Origin: a virus
Lineage: Duplodnaviria > Caudoviricetes
Strand: one strand, 5' to 3'
IMG/VR virus record: IMGVR_UViG_3300020043_003543
Span: 1-26,174 of that record
DNA length: 26,174 nucleotides
In this document: positions 7,347 to 15,807 of the stretch, piece by piece
Layout: every line of letters begins with the position of its first letter
Position numbering within the stretch: position 1 is the first letter of the stretch
Translations under genes and position numbers: made by a program
Notes under the pieces: model-generated
Told to the model about the DNA's origin: nothing
What the model saw: the letters and a program-made list of their open reading frames with translations, nothing else
Databases searched by the model: none

Positions 7347-8575
7347 GGCATCCTTCGCAGATAAAAATCACCGTCGTAAAAAAGATCACCGGATTTTAGC
7401 TTGGCTGCCTCTGCGTCATTAGTGACGCGGGGAATAGGTTGTTCATCGGAATTTAGTTTAATTAAGTTGTCGAGCGCCGAGTAAATTTTTCGTAGGGCTC
7501 GCTGTTGTTCTTCAGGTTTGAGTCCGATATTTAGCGCGGTGACGCTGCTGCCTAACAACCTGTTTTCGTAGTCAGACACGCTGCCCAGCGCAGCGCCGGT
7601 AGGAGACGCCTGCCGTATTTCAGCGAGCCGCGTTTGAGAAAGAACGGCTTTGATAGTGTCATAGTGGCCGTTAGCCAAAGCATACGACTTGGTGCCCGGC
7701 ACAAGAGAGCCCGCAACACCCAAAAGACCTCCTTCGCCGAAGCCAATCAATTTCATTGCTTCATTAACGCTATCCAGTGCTTGGTTAGCGGCAGTCACCG
7801 CGTTCTGTTTAGTTAATTGCGCTTTTTCTTCTTTATCGGCAGATCGTGTTTGCACGGCCCGCTGGTTTGCGCCTTCTTGTTGCATCCGCGCTATTTCCTC
7901 TCTGGACGCGCGGTCCTCGCCAGCTATCCGCTCTCTAGATATTTGATCTGGCGACATACCCATGTCGTACTGGGATATTTCCTGATTGTAGTCGTCGCGG
8001 TTTTCGTTTCCCTCTACGTACAGTACGCGATTGTTTAGCTTAATTTCGCGGGGCTTAGACGCAAACCGATCCATAAAAACGCGACCTTCCTCGGTCGTGT
8101 TGAGGAAGTCATCAAGATATTTTTTGCGCGCGGCGGGGTCGGGAACCTGGCCAATCATCTGCCGGAACGCCGACGTGTCGATGCCCGCCACTTCCATGTC
8201 GGCAAAGCGCTCGTCCAGGTTAGCGTCGCTGGGGTCGGCGTAGGCGCGCATAAGGCTTGTGCCAAAAACCTTTTCCTGCTGCGCCTGTTTAGCCGCAGCG
8301 GCTTTAGCCTCCGCTTCGCCTTTTCTAAGGTTAAGATCTTGGCGTCGCATCTCCAGCTCGGCAATTTTTGCGCCGGGCTCGCCGTAGATCCCCGCGTTCA
8401 TAGGGTCGCCGCCGCCTTTGATGTACTCTGCAAGCGCGTTCTGCTGCGCCACCTCCTGATCGCGCTGGCGCATCTGGGAGAGGACGTTCATGCTCTGGGC
8501 GCGGTTCTGGGCGATCTCGCCAAAATCCGGCTGGTAGATGTTCCCCATAAGGGGGATGCGGGGATCAAGCGGCAT
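7343..8575 (-). CDS. Internal virion / DNA ejection protein (P22 gp20-equivalent position)
   Basis: 410 aa, helical and Q/A-rich, MPLDPRIPL start, GAALGSVSDYENRLL segment; lies between the gp7-like and the large ejection genes. Confidence 0.65.
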   Translation of the reverse strand: MPLDPRIPLMGNIYQPDFGEIAQNRAQSMNVLSQMRQRDQEVAQQNALAEYIKGGGDPMNAGIYGEPGAKIAELEMRRQDLNLRKGEAEAKAAAAKQAQQEKVFGTSLMRAYADPSDANLDERFADMEVAGIDTSAFRQMIGQVPDPAARKKYLDDFLNTTEEGRVFMDRFASKPREIKLNNRVLYVEGNENRDDYNQEISQYDMGMSPDQISRERIAGEDRASREEIARMQQEGANQRAVQTRSADKEEKAQLTKQNAVTAANQALDSVNEAMKLIGFGEGGLLGVAGSLVPGTKSYALANGHYDTIKAVLSQTRLAEIRQASPTGAALGSVSDYENRLLGSSVTALNIGLKPEEQQRALRKIYSALDNLIKLNSDEQPIPRVTNDAEAAKLKSGDLFYDGDFYLRRMP

Positions 8576-8584
8576 CTTGCACCT

Positions 8585-9370
8585 TTAGGACGAGAAAACG
8601 GGCGTGTTGCGGATTGTGCCCCGGAAGATGTTGGTCGGCGCGGGCGTCATGGAGTACTGGCCCGGCATAGCGGCTGAGCTATAATACTGGGCCATCGCGT
8701 CGTTGAGCGGCTTGTTGGCGTAGTAGTTGCCGACTGTCCCCAGCGCGCTGCTGAGGGCGTTGCCTTGGCCGATATAGCCCGACGCGCGGGCGTTGCCCGC
8801 CTGGAGGTAGTTCTCGCCCAGTCGGCCGCCCAGCTCACCCGCCGCGCTGGTCAGCGTGTTCGCCCCAGACTGCCCTGCGCTCATCAGGCCCGCCAGCGGG
8901 TTCAGCTGGTTAGCGCGGTTGGTCTGGTAGCGGTTGAAGGCGTTCTGATATTCTTCGCTGGCCTGTTGTTGCCCGAAGCGCTGCGCGCCCTTCAACATGC
9001 TGCCCGATAGCAGGCCGCCCCGCGCCGCTGCCGACCGTTCCAACGCCTTCATGCCTTCGCTCAAACGGAAGGCGTAGCCGGGGTCTTGCTGGTAGTCTTC
9101 CATGCTGAAGTCGCGCGCGTAGCGGCCGTAGTCCGACCCACCCGTCGGTTCTCCCAAACCCATCAGCTCCATGAAACGGTTCTGGGCCGTAAGGCCCGCT
9201 TGGCGAAACGGCGCCTGAAGCTCGACCTGCCGCTCAAACATCTGACGCTGGACGTCAGACGCCTGCTGCGCGGCCTGCGTTTGCGCCTTGGCGGCTTTGC
9301 TGGACGCACGGCCTCCGAGTATGGCGCTACCCGCGCTCGACGCTACAATAGCTGAAACGGGATCAGGCAC
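8585..9370 (-). CDS. DNA transfer (ejection) protein, P22 gp7-like
   Basis: GTG start with a GAAGGGAG RBS; SSKAAKAQTQAA, DPGYAFRLSEG and SAAARGGLLSG motifs. Confidence 0.8.
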   Translation of the reverse strand: MPDPVSAIVASSAGSAILGGRASSKAAKAQTQAAQQASDVQRQMFERQVELQAPFRQAGLTAQNRFMELMGLGEPTGGSDYGRYARDFSMEDYQQDPGYAFRLSEGMKALERSAAARGGLLSGSMLKGAQRFGQQQASEEYQNAFNRYQTNRANQLNPLAGLMSAGQSGANTLTSAAGELGGRLGENYLQAGNARASGYIGQGNALSSALGTVGNYYANKPLNDAMAQYYSSAAMPGQYSMTPAPTNIFRGTIRNTPVFSS

Positions 9371-9812
9371 TGGGAAACTCCCTTCGATAGTCGGCAAATT
9401 TCTCGCCGTAGAGTGACATGACGTCAACGGCGCGGGCCATAGCTTCTTCAAACCCGTGCGTCAACGCGACGACGAGAAGGACGATATCATAGTACGACGC
9501 GCGCCACACGAACGATTTTTCGTCGGCCTCGCCCCGCAGCTCGGCTTCATCCGCGGCTTTCCACTTGAGCAGCGCCGTGGCCAGAGCCGGGCGCAACATG
9601 TCGGCGTTAGCTACGAAGAAGGCGTTTGTCGGCATGGAGACGAGCGTCGAGGCGATGACGCGGTCCAGCCGGTCGCGGTCGACGCTGTCTTTGTCGGCGA
9701 TGTCGTCGAAGAACTGGATAGCCGCCCACAGGTCCATCAGCCACTCAATAGCGGGGTCAGACAGGCGGAGCCCGTTGCGGAAGTTATGAACCAGCCAGTC
9801 TTCCGCCCTCAC
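9363..9812 (-). CDS. All-helical hypothetical protein with a DDxxD motif
   Basis: Coupled ORF containing QFFDDIADKD, immediately upstream of the gp7-like gene. Confidence 0.75.
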   Translation of the reverse strand: MRAEDWLVHNFRNGLRLSDPAIEWLMDLWAAIQFFDDIADKDSVDRDRLDRVIASTLVSMPTNAFFVANADMLRPALATALLKWKAADEAELRGEADEKSFVWRASYYDIVLLVVALTHGFEEAMARAVDVMSLYGEKFADYRREFPSA

Positions 9813-10144
9813 GAGACTTCCCTTCCGCTGGAGCGTATGGTGATCGACGACGCAGCGCTGGCCAAGGTCGAGATGAACCCGTTCGTCCCCAGCACATGCC
9901 CGACCAGCTCGGGAAAAGTATACGTTTCTGCGGGCAGAAGTGTCTTCGTCTTGACGATCAGGTTCTGGTTCCCGGCGCTGTCAAACTGCGTCACCAGGTT
10001 GACCGACAGCGACGCCGCCGACGCGCCGTAGTTGGTCGCGGTAAACTTGTCGATGATCGCGGTCACGTTCGTCGCCGTGTACTGCGTCGTCTGGGTGTTT
10101 TCGGCGATCTTGGCCGGTATGAGAGCTTTAACTGTAACCGCCAT
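9809..10144 (-). CDS. Small beta-sandwich virion protein
   Basis: 111 aa, Thr/Ser/Val-rich, within the tail module. Confidence 0.7.
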   Translation of the reverse strand: MAVTVKALIPAKIAENTQTTQYTATNVTAIIDKFTATNYGASAASLSVNLVTQFDSAGNQNLIVKTKTLLPAETYTFPELVGHVLGTNGFISTLASAASSITIRSSGREVS

Positions 10145-10152
10145 AATAGCCC

Positions 10153-10803
10153 CTACGTAAACGCGATGCGGACGCGGCCAGCATACCCTGCAAGGCCGTT
10201 CTGTCCAAACAGTACCACTTCCCCGGCGTCTCCGCCACCGCCTGCCGTCAGGCCGTTGTCGCCCGTCAGCGGGCTAGCGCCTGCCGGGTTGGGGACGCCG
10301 CTGCCGTTGCCGGTCGTGTTCGTCGTGTTGCCGCCGCTGGCCGTGCCCCCGACGCCTTGGTTGCCGCCGTACTCTCCGTTAGACCCACCGCCACCGCCGT
10401 TGCAGACCAGCGACGTCAGGCTGTACGTCCCGCTGTAGACCAGCGACTGGCCGCCACCACCACCCGCCGCTTCGCCCGACGAGCCCCCGCTACCGCCACC
10501 GCCGACGACGTATTGGATCGTCTTGCCGGTGTCTGCGCCGGTCACGGCGATGACCGACTTGGAGTAGCCGCCACCGCCGCCACCGCCGCCAGGGAGCTCC
10601 ACAATCTCCAGAACGTAGCCGTTGTACTGCGACGTCAGGATGCTAAAGCCACCACCACCGCCGCCACCCCAGACCTGTATTGTAACGCTGGTCACGCCGC
10701 CGGGGACCGTAACCTCGCCTGACCCGGCTTCCGTAATGTCGTGGACGTTTGCGCCTGCGGCGGCCGTCCCTACGTTAAACAGACCTAGCGTTGCAGCGCC
10801 CAT
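10153..10803 (-). CDS. Glycine-rich tail/fibre adhesin-like protein
   Basis: VTVPGGVTSVTIQVWGGGGGGG...GGGGGGGGYSKSVI...GRVRI glycine-rich domain. The ATG at 10803 overlaps the upstream stop. Confidence 0.75.
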   Translation of the reverse strand: MGAATLGLFNVGTAAAGANVHDITEAGSGEVTVPGGVTSVTIQVWGGGGGGGFSILTSQYNGYVLEIVELPGGGGGGGGYSKSVIAVTGADTGKTIQYVVGGGGSGGSSGEAAGGGGGQSLVYSGTYSLTSLVCNGGGGGSNGEYGGNQGVGGTASGGNTTNTTGNGSGVPNPAGASPLTGDNGLTAGGGGDAGEVVLFGQNGLAGYAGRVRIAFT

Positions 10804-11591
10804 CAGGTGAGCCCCGTTCCGCTGGCCAGCCATGACGTACCGGCGATCTTGATGAGCGTTGCGACGCCGTTACGCGCCAGTGTGCGCGTGCCCGTCGTGA
10901 CCGAGTTGGCCAAGGTCAGCGTGTCGGTCGTGATGCCGATAGACAGCGACGTCGTGTTGATGTTGACCACGATGATGACAGTCCCGATAGGGAACGCCGT
11001 TGTGCCGTTGGCCGGGATGGTCAGCGTCAGGCTGGTGCCGTTCATCAGCACGGACTTGCCACGGTCGGCCAGAACCAGCGTGTAGTTCGTCGTCTGGCTG
11101 TTCTGCGGAGCGTCGCGCCAACCGATGGACTGCTGCGTACCGCCGTTGTCGGCCGCCGTCGGAGCGCCGGTAAAGGCCGGACTCACAATAGGGGCATAGG
11201 TAGTTGCAGCGGCGGCAGTCGACAGCGCGTCCGTGATGCCGTACCCCGCAAGGGTGGTCGGCGTGCCGGAGATAGCCGACCAAGCTACAGCGCTGACGTC
11301 GTTGACGCCGACGATGTCGTCAAACGTCCAGATCTCGACGCCAAGGCTGGTCTTGAGGACAAACTTGTACGCGGCGCCTTGGGTCAGCCAGACGCCCTCT
11401 GGCGTGCGCCCGGCGGAGTTGAGGACGATAGGGTTAGCGTTGGTCGTCAGGCCGGTGTCGCTGGTGTACGTCGTCTGCGGCGTCGTCGTCCCGGCCGCGT
11501 AAGTGTACAGCAGGCCGCCTGACAGCGGGTCGCCGTTGCTATCGAAAAACTGCGCGCCAGCCCCGCCCAGCGCCGAGATGTAAACGGTCAT
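10803..11591 (-). CDS. Tail fibre protein with an N-terminal virion-anchor domain
   Basis: ATG at 11591 (ATGA-coupled). QFFDSNGDPLSGGLLYTYAAGTTTP...NPIVLNSAGR anchor, PTTLAGYGITDA and SPAFTGAPTA fibre motifs, NYTLVLADRGK C-terminal domain. Confidence 0.8.
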   Translation of the reverse strand: MTVYISALGGAGAQFFDSNGDPLSGGLLYTYAAGTTTPQTTYTSDTGLTTNANPIVLNSAGRTPEGVWLTQGAAYKFVLKTSLGVEIWTFDDIVGVNDVSAVAWSAISGTPTTLAGYGITDALSTAAAATTYAPIVSPAFTGAPTAADNGGTQQSIGWRDAPQNSQTTNYTLVLADRGKSVLMNGTSLTLTIPANGTTAFPIGTVIIVVNINTTSLSIGITTDTLTLANSVTTGTRTLARNGVATLIKIAGTSWLASGTGLT

Positions 11592-12295
11592 ATGTTCACC
11601 TGCGTAACGGATAGGAGGATGGAGGGTATCGCCGGTACGGGCGATGATGCCGCAACGGCGATCATCTGTACAGCCGTATCTGAGACTGACCACATTAGCT
11701 CAAAGTAGCTGCCGGGGTTCATTTTCAGCACAAAGTTCCAAGCGGCGATCAGCTCGTTGTTGTTGCCTTGCAAACGGATTTGGCTAGCGGACTTAGGCAG
11801 GTCTACGCCGTCAACGCGGGGCCAGAGGTAAACGAAATGAGCGCCGCCCGATGTGTTGTCGAACTGGGCGCTAAACTGGAAGTTGTAGACGCCGGGGTTA
11901 GCGCAGATAATACGCGACGTCGGAGAGCCAACGTAGACGCCGTAGGACAGGTCCGTCGTGTTGAACGTAGCGCCGTAGGCCGTGTTGATCGCCGCTGCCG
12001 TCTGCGTAACATCGCTGGAGAACGAGCCGTAGTAAAGGATTGGAGGCTCGGGCAGGGTTATGGCCGGGCGCAGTTTAAGCGCTTGAATTTCCGCCGCGAT
12101 CGCTTGCACTTCGGCTTCTGTTGCAGCGTCAGAGAACGGCGCAAGTTCCAAGTCCGACAAGGTTATGTCAGTCCCGCCAGCGCCGGTCAGGTTGAACTGG
12201 TTGTACAAGAACCGATACCACTCGCGCGCGACCAGCCCTGTCCGTTCGTCGATGAACGGAACGCGGGGCGCGGGAATGTTCGTAATGTTAGGCAT
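11588..12295 (-). CDS. Tail-associated protein (needle/gp26-equivalent position) with a C-terminal beta-sandwich
   Basis: Immediately after gp10; PRVPFID...REWYRFL N-terminus, short coiled coil, GVYNFQFSAQF beta domain. Confidence 0.6.
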   Translation of the reverse strand: MPNITNIPAPRVPFIDERTGLVAREWYRFLYNQFNLTGAGGTDITLSDLELAPFSDAATEAEVQAIAAEIQALKLRPAITLPEPPILYYGSFSSDVTQTAAAINTAYGATFNTTDLSYGVYVGSPTSRIICANPGVYNFQFSAQFDNTSGGAHFVYLWPRVDGVDLPKSASQIRLQGNNNELIAAWNFVLKMNPGSYFELMWSVSDTAVQMIAVAASSPVPAIPSILLSVTQVNI

Positions 12296-13814
12296 TAGTC
12301 TCCTCTACCGACAGCTCGGCCCCCATAATGGCGATCTTGACGGGGTCGGTGCCGGACAGCTCGTAGACGCGGTCGCGCAGCTTCATGGTCATGCCCAGCC
12401 GCCGCCAAAAAACGCGGGTGCCGTACTTACCCACTCGGCCTAGAGTTTGCCAGTGTTCGTTGGACCAAGTATGCCCCCCGTCGTCCGACCAACGCAGCAT
12501 AACGCGGGGGTTAGCGCCTTGCACTGTAACTTCGGTCGCTACAATTGCGTCGCCGTCTTCCGTGACAAGCGTCAGCCCGTCCTCGGTCAGCAGCGCGCCT
12601 AAATCGTCGAACGGATCAACGCCGGTTAGCCCTACGCCGCTTTCACAGTCCAGCTGCAAGGTGTGCTGCGCCGTGCGCTTCAGGTTGTTAGTGCCGGTTG
12701 GCAACGCGCGCCAGGAGCGTAGCCACTTCTGCGCCGCGCCGTTGTCGGCGTAAACGTCAAGGTCAAAGGCGTACAGGTTGCCGTTCTGGTAGTCGCCGAC
12801 AACAATCTCGCTGTTGTACGACATCTGACAGTTGCTGCGGTGCCGCACAAAGTGCCCGTTAGCAAAGCCCGCGCGTTCGTGCCATGCGCCGGTGGCGACA
12901 TCGTAGACCCAAGTCGTGTTGGCGGTAGGGAAGACCAGCACGTAGAACGCATGACCGTCCTGCTGGTAGGTGTACCCTATGGCGTCGGACAGGTTGCCGT
13001 ACTGCTGGATCTGCCACTCGACGGCGTGCGTTGACATGCGAACGCCGGTGTAGCCGTTGGACCTGTAGACAATACCTTGCCCTCGGGCGTCGGAGCCCAG
13101 CCAGAACAGACCGTTGTCGAGCTTGGCGACCGAGTACGGGGCGGCGCACCCGATCTCGTTAAACGCCCCTTGGATGCGCGACAGCGGGAAGTCAGCCAGC
13201 CCGGCGTCATACCAAACCTCAACCGAGTTAGTCCCGAACAACCATGCCTCACGGTGGTCGACGATCAGCGACACAAGCTGGTCCGGCGCGCCTTCGGCGC
13301 TGGCAAAGTCCAACGCGTCGACGGACAAACCGTCAAGCAAGCTAGTCACCCAGATGCGCTGGCTGTTGGGCTCGTTAAAAACAAAGTAGCCGTCAAGGTA
13401 GCCGACGGTAACAGCGCCGGGGAAATCCGGGTCTGTGATCTGCTGCAAGACGCCGGTCGAGGAGTCGTAAATAAACCCGTCTGGGTTACAGGCGATGAAC
13501 AGCTGCGTGCCGTTGTCGGCCATGCTGACCGGGCCTGAGCCGGAGACGGGGCCTAGCAGCGTCGCCGTCCAGCTGGCGTTGACGCGGTAGAGTTGCGTCC
13601 CCGACACGACGTAGCCGTAGCCGCCAAACTGCCACAAGCCGCGGATCGGCCCGGAGCCCGCCGTTGCAAGCAAGCGCAGGCCAGGGGCGCGGTTCAGAAA
13701 CGCAGGCTCTTTGCCGCCCTCGGGCACGACTTCGGGGAACAGGTTCACCATGCGGCTGTCCGCAGCGTTGACGCTGCGAGCCACATAGGAACTGCCGAGA
13801 ATGGGCGTTTTCAT
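12288..13814 (-). CDS. Packaged-DNA stabilization / tail hub protein, P22 gp10-like
   Basis: 508 aa propeller-like: DGYFVF, FASAEGAPD, GTNSVEVW, TWVYD...WHER, MLRWSDDGGHTWS, WRRLG; AGGAG RBS. Confidence 0.9.
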   Translation of the reverse strand: MKTPILGSSYVARSVNAADSRMVNLFPEVVPEGGKEPAFLNRAPGLRLLATAGSGPIRGLWQFGGYGYVVSGTQLYRVNASWTATLLGPVSGSGPVSMADNGTQLFIACNPDGFIYDSSTGVLQQITDPDFPGAVTVGYLDGYFVFNEPNSQRIWVTSLLDGLSVDALDFASAEGAPDQLVSLIVDHREAWLFGTNSVEVWYDAGLADFPLSRIQGAFNEIGCAAPYSVAKLDNGLFWLGSDARGQGIVYRSNGYTGVRMSTHAVEWQIQQYGNLSDAIGYTYQQDGHAFYVLVFPTANTTWVYDVATGAWHERAGFANGHFVRHRSNCQMSYNSEIVVGDYQNGNLYAFDLDVYADNGAAQKWLRSWRALPTGTNNLKRTAQHTLQLDCESGVGLTGVDPFDDLGALLTEDGLTLVTEDGDAIVATEVTVQGANPRVMLRWSDDGGHTWSNEHWQTLGRVGKYGTRVFWRRLGMTMKLRDRVYELSGTDPVKIAIMGAELSVEETNA

Positions 13815-13819
13815 TGGCG

Positions 13820-13848
13820 TTGACTCCTAACGTATACAGGTTTAATGT
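13820..13848 (+). promoter_or_regulatory. Putative sigma70 promoter of the HNH gene (TTGACT-N17-TAATGT)
   Basis: -35 at 13820-13825 and -10 at 13843-13848; 7 nt separate the -10 from the ATG at 13856. Confidence 0.5.
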
Positions 13849-13855
13849 CTACGGT

Positions 13856-14398
13856 ATGGAGATTTGGAAACCAGTTTGCGGCTACGAAGGTTTGTACGAG
13901 ATTAGCAATTTTGCGCGTGTCAGGCGCGTAGCGAGAGGAAAGCTGTTTAGCGCGGAACAAATTGACGCGGCCAAAGATATGTTTGCCAAAGGCGCCGCGT
14001 TGGGCGCCGTAGCTGCTTTTCTCAACACCAGCATTACCACGGCGTTCAACATTAAGCACGGCAAAACGTGGGCCGGCGACAGTGGCGCTCGTCCGGTCAA
14101 AACGCACGTTGCGCGCGACCACTATGTCCGGTTTAGCCCGTGCAAAGACGGAAAATACGCCAAAGTCGCCGTTCACCGCGCCATGTGGGAGGCTTTTGTC
14201 GGTCCGATCCCCGAAGGAATGGAAATTAACCATAAAAATTTGGATCGCGCGGACAACCGGCTGGAAAATCTTGAGTTGCTTTCGCACCGCGAAAACATCA
14301 AACACGCAATTGATGCGTACAAAGCGCAAGGGCGTTTTCGGGCGGTTAAAGGTACTAAAGGTTTTGTGCCCGGAAAGCATAGCAAATACGCTCAATAA
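13856..14398 (+). CDS. Free-standing NUMOD4-HNH homing endonuclease, antisense to the late operon
   Basis: MEIWKPVCGYEGLYEISN (NUMOD4) and VHRAMWEAFVGPIPEGMEINHKNLDRADNRLENLELLSHRENIKHA (HNH_3); visibly more AT-rich than its flanks. Confidence 0.92.
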   Translation: MEIWKPVCGYEGLYEISNFARVRRVARGKLFSAEQIDAAKDMFAKGAALGAVAAFLNTSITTAFNIKHGKTWAGDSGARPVKTHVARDHYVRFSPCKDGKYAKVAVHRAMWEAFVGPIPEGMEINHKNLDRADNRLENLELLSHRENIKHAIDAYKAQGRFRAVKGTKGFVPGKHSKYAQ

Positions 14399-15102
14399 TT
14401 TGAAGCAAAGATATTGTAGCGCTGGCGCGTGCCGACGATGCTGTAGGGCAGCGCCATGATGTCGTCAGGGTTGTTGACGCGCTTCAAGTTGCGCTTGGAC
14501 GTCATGGCGATCCGCTGCACCTGCCCGCTAGGTTCAACGCCAAACTCCGGCGCCAGCTCCATAGCCAAGTTATAGCGGAAGGCGCGGAGATAGCCGGGTG
14601 GGAAGGTCAGGTCTGTCGCCAGATTAGCCGGGCGCGTCAGCTCATCGACCGAGATGAAGTGAAACTCAATCAGCTTGGTTGGCACCGGGTAGATGTACAT
14701 CTCGATGTCGGGGTAGGTCATGTTGACCCACATAACCTGCGGATAGGTTGACGTCACCGTTTTGACGGCGATGCCATCATACTGCTGCTGGTTAATAATT
14801 TTGATGCCGTAGCTAATTCCCGTAGCGGGGTCACGGAAATACGTTGCGTCGTCGAGCTGCACAGGGCGGTTGCCGACAAAGTCGCCTGACGGCCCCAGCG
14901 TCCGGCTGATCGTAGCCGGAGGCCAGTTGAAGACCTGATCCTGCGTCGAATAGACCGAGAGCCGTTCCGTGTTCCAGCTTTCAATCATCTGGTTCATGGC
15001 GTTCAGCGCGTCGTCGGATGTTTCCGACGATGGAACCTCACCTTCCGCCAGCACCCCGATTAGCCTAAGCGAACCGTTTATGATGTCGCCAGCGGTTGCC
15101 AT
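14392..15102 (-). CDS. Head-to-tail adaptor B, P22 gp4-like
   Basis: TAGDIINGSLRLIGVLAEGE.PS...DALNAMNQMIESW N-terminus and YNLAMELAPEFG C-terminus; precedes gp10. Confidence 0.8.
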   Translation of the reverse strand: MATAGDIINGSLRLIGVLAEGEVPSSETSDDALNAMNQMIESWNTERLSVYSTQDQVFNWPPATISRTLGPSGDFVGNRPVQLDDATYFRDPATGISYGIKIINQQQYDGIAVKTVTSTYPQVMWVNMTYPDIEMYIYPVPTKLIEFHFISVDELTRPANLATDLTFPPGYLRAFRYNLAMELAPEFGVEPSGQVQRIAMTSKRNLKRVNNPDDIMALPYSIVGTRQRYNIFASNY

Positions 15103-15105
15103 AGC

Positions 15106-15306
15106 TTAGTTCTCCGTTTGCGCCGTCCTTCGGCTACGCCGTTTCGGGGCCATCTCGTTGACTAGATCAACCAGCGGTGGCTCGTCAACGACGGGTGCGT
15201 TTGGGTCAAATTCGTACCAGCCGTTCGCACGATCATAACGCGCTTCCGCGTCAGACGTAGCAACTTTCTGCCCGTGAACGGGGTGTTCCAGGTAGATAAC
15301 AGCCAT
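15106..15306 (-). CDS. Small hypothetical virion-module protein
   Basis: GGGAG RBS; YLEHPVHGQKVA...ANGW followed by a basic tail. Confidence 0.7.
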   Translation of the reverse strand: MAVIYLEHPVHGQKVATSDAEARYDRANGWYEFDPNAPVVDEPPLVDLVNEMAPKRRSRRTAQTEN

Positions 15307-15318
15307 AAGTTCTCCCGT

Positions 15319-15355
15319 AAAAATAACTCAAGGCAGCTAAACGCCGCCTTGAGTT
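15319..15355 (-). terminator. Intrinsic terminator downstream of coat B and the decoration genes
   Basis: Minus strand AACTCAAGGCGGC-GTTTA-GCTGCCTTGAGTT stem-loop followed by ATTTTT. Confidence 0.7.
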
Positions 15356-15360
15356 CACTA

Positions 15361-15789
15361 TTATGACGGCAGAAGTGGCGTCGAGTAAAGCTGCGTAGAC
15401 GAGGTGCGGGTAAAATCAGCGCTTGTGTTGGCCGCCATGCTAAGGGCGCCCGTCGTTGCCGTAAGCCCGTTAATCGCTGCACCCGAGAAAGGGTACACTT
15501 TCAGAATCGCCGCCGCGTTATTCTTGATCTTGATGGTCTGACCGTCCACCATTGTCGGAAGAATAGCGCCTTTGGTTCCGTCTCCAGCCGTAACGACGCA
15601 GATGTAGGTGTTAGCCGATATGGCCGCCGCGTCTGCGTTAGTTGAGCCAGCTGCCGCAACGGTTGTAACAGGGCCGCTAACGATAGCGCCGCTGACAACC
15701 CCACCGCTTATAGCCGCTCCGGTGATTGTCGTACCTGAAACAAGCTCGGGGTCCGAATAAGCGACGCCAACAGGTTTGGTATTGGGCAT
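15361..15789 (-). CDS. Putative capsid decoration / minor virion protein
   Basis: 142 aa, Ala/Thr/Gly-rich, AAGGAGG RBS, located between the coat gene and the terminator. Confidence 0.6.
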   Translation of the reverse strand: MPNTKPVGVAYSDPELVSGTTITGAAISGGVVSGAIVSGPVTTVAAAGSTNADAAAISANTYICVVTAGDGTKGAILPTMVDGQTIKIKNNAAAILKVYPFSGAAINGLTATTGALSMAANTSADFTRTSSTQLYSTPLLPS

Positions 15790-15807
15790 GAGCCCCTCCT
15801 TATGGTT

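Noticed and set aside
7355-7392. T-rich run near the end of the 410-aa ejection gene as a programmed frameshift fusing it to the next gene
   Set aside because: In frame it reads GAT CTT TTT TAC, which does not fit an X XXY YYZ heptamer, and the next gene has an ATGA-coupled start.
10153-10803. CCG/CCA-type triplet runs as microsatellite or phase-variation tracts
   Set aside because: They are mixed-codon poly-Gly tracts of a glycine-rich domain.
13814-14398. HNH as part of a group I intron or intein
   Set aside because: Both flanking genes appear complete, the HNH is on the opposite strand, and there is no non-coding space for a ribozyme core.
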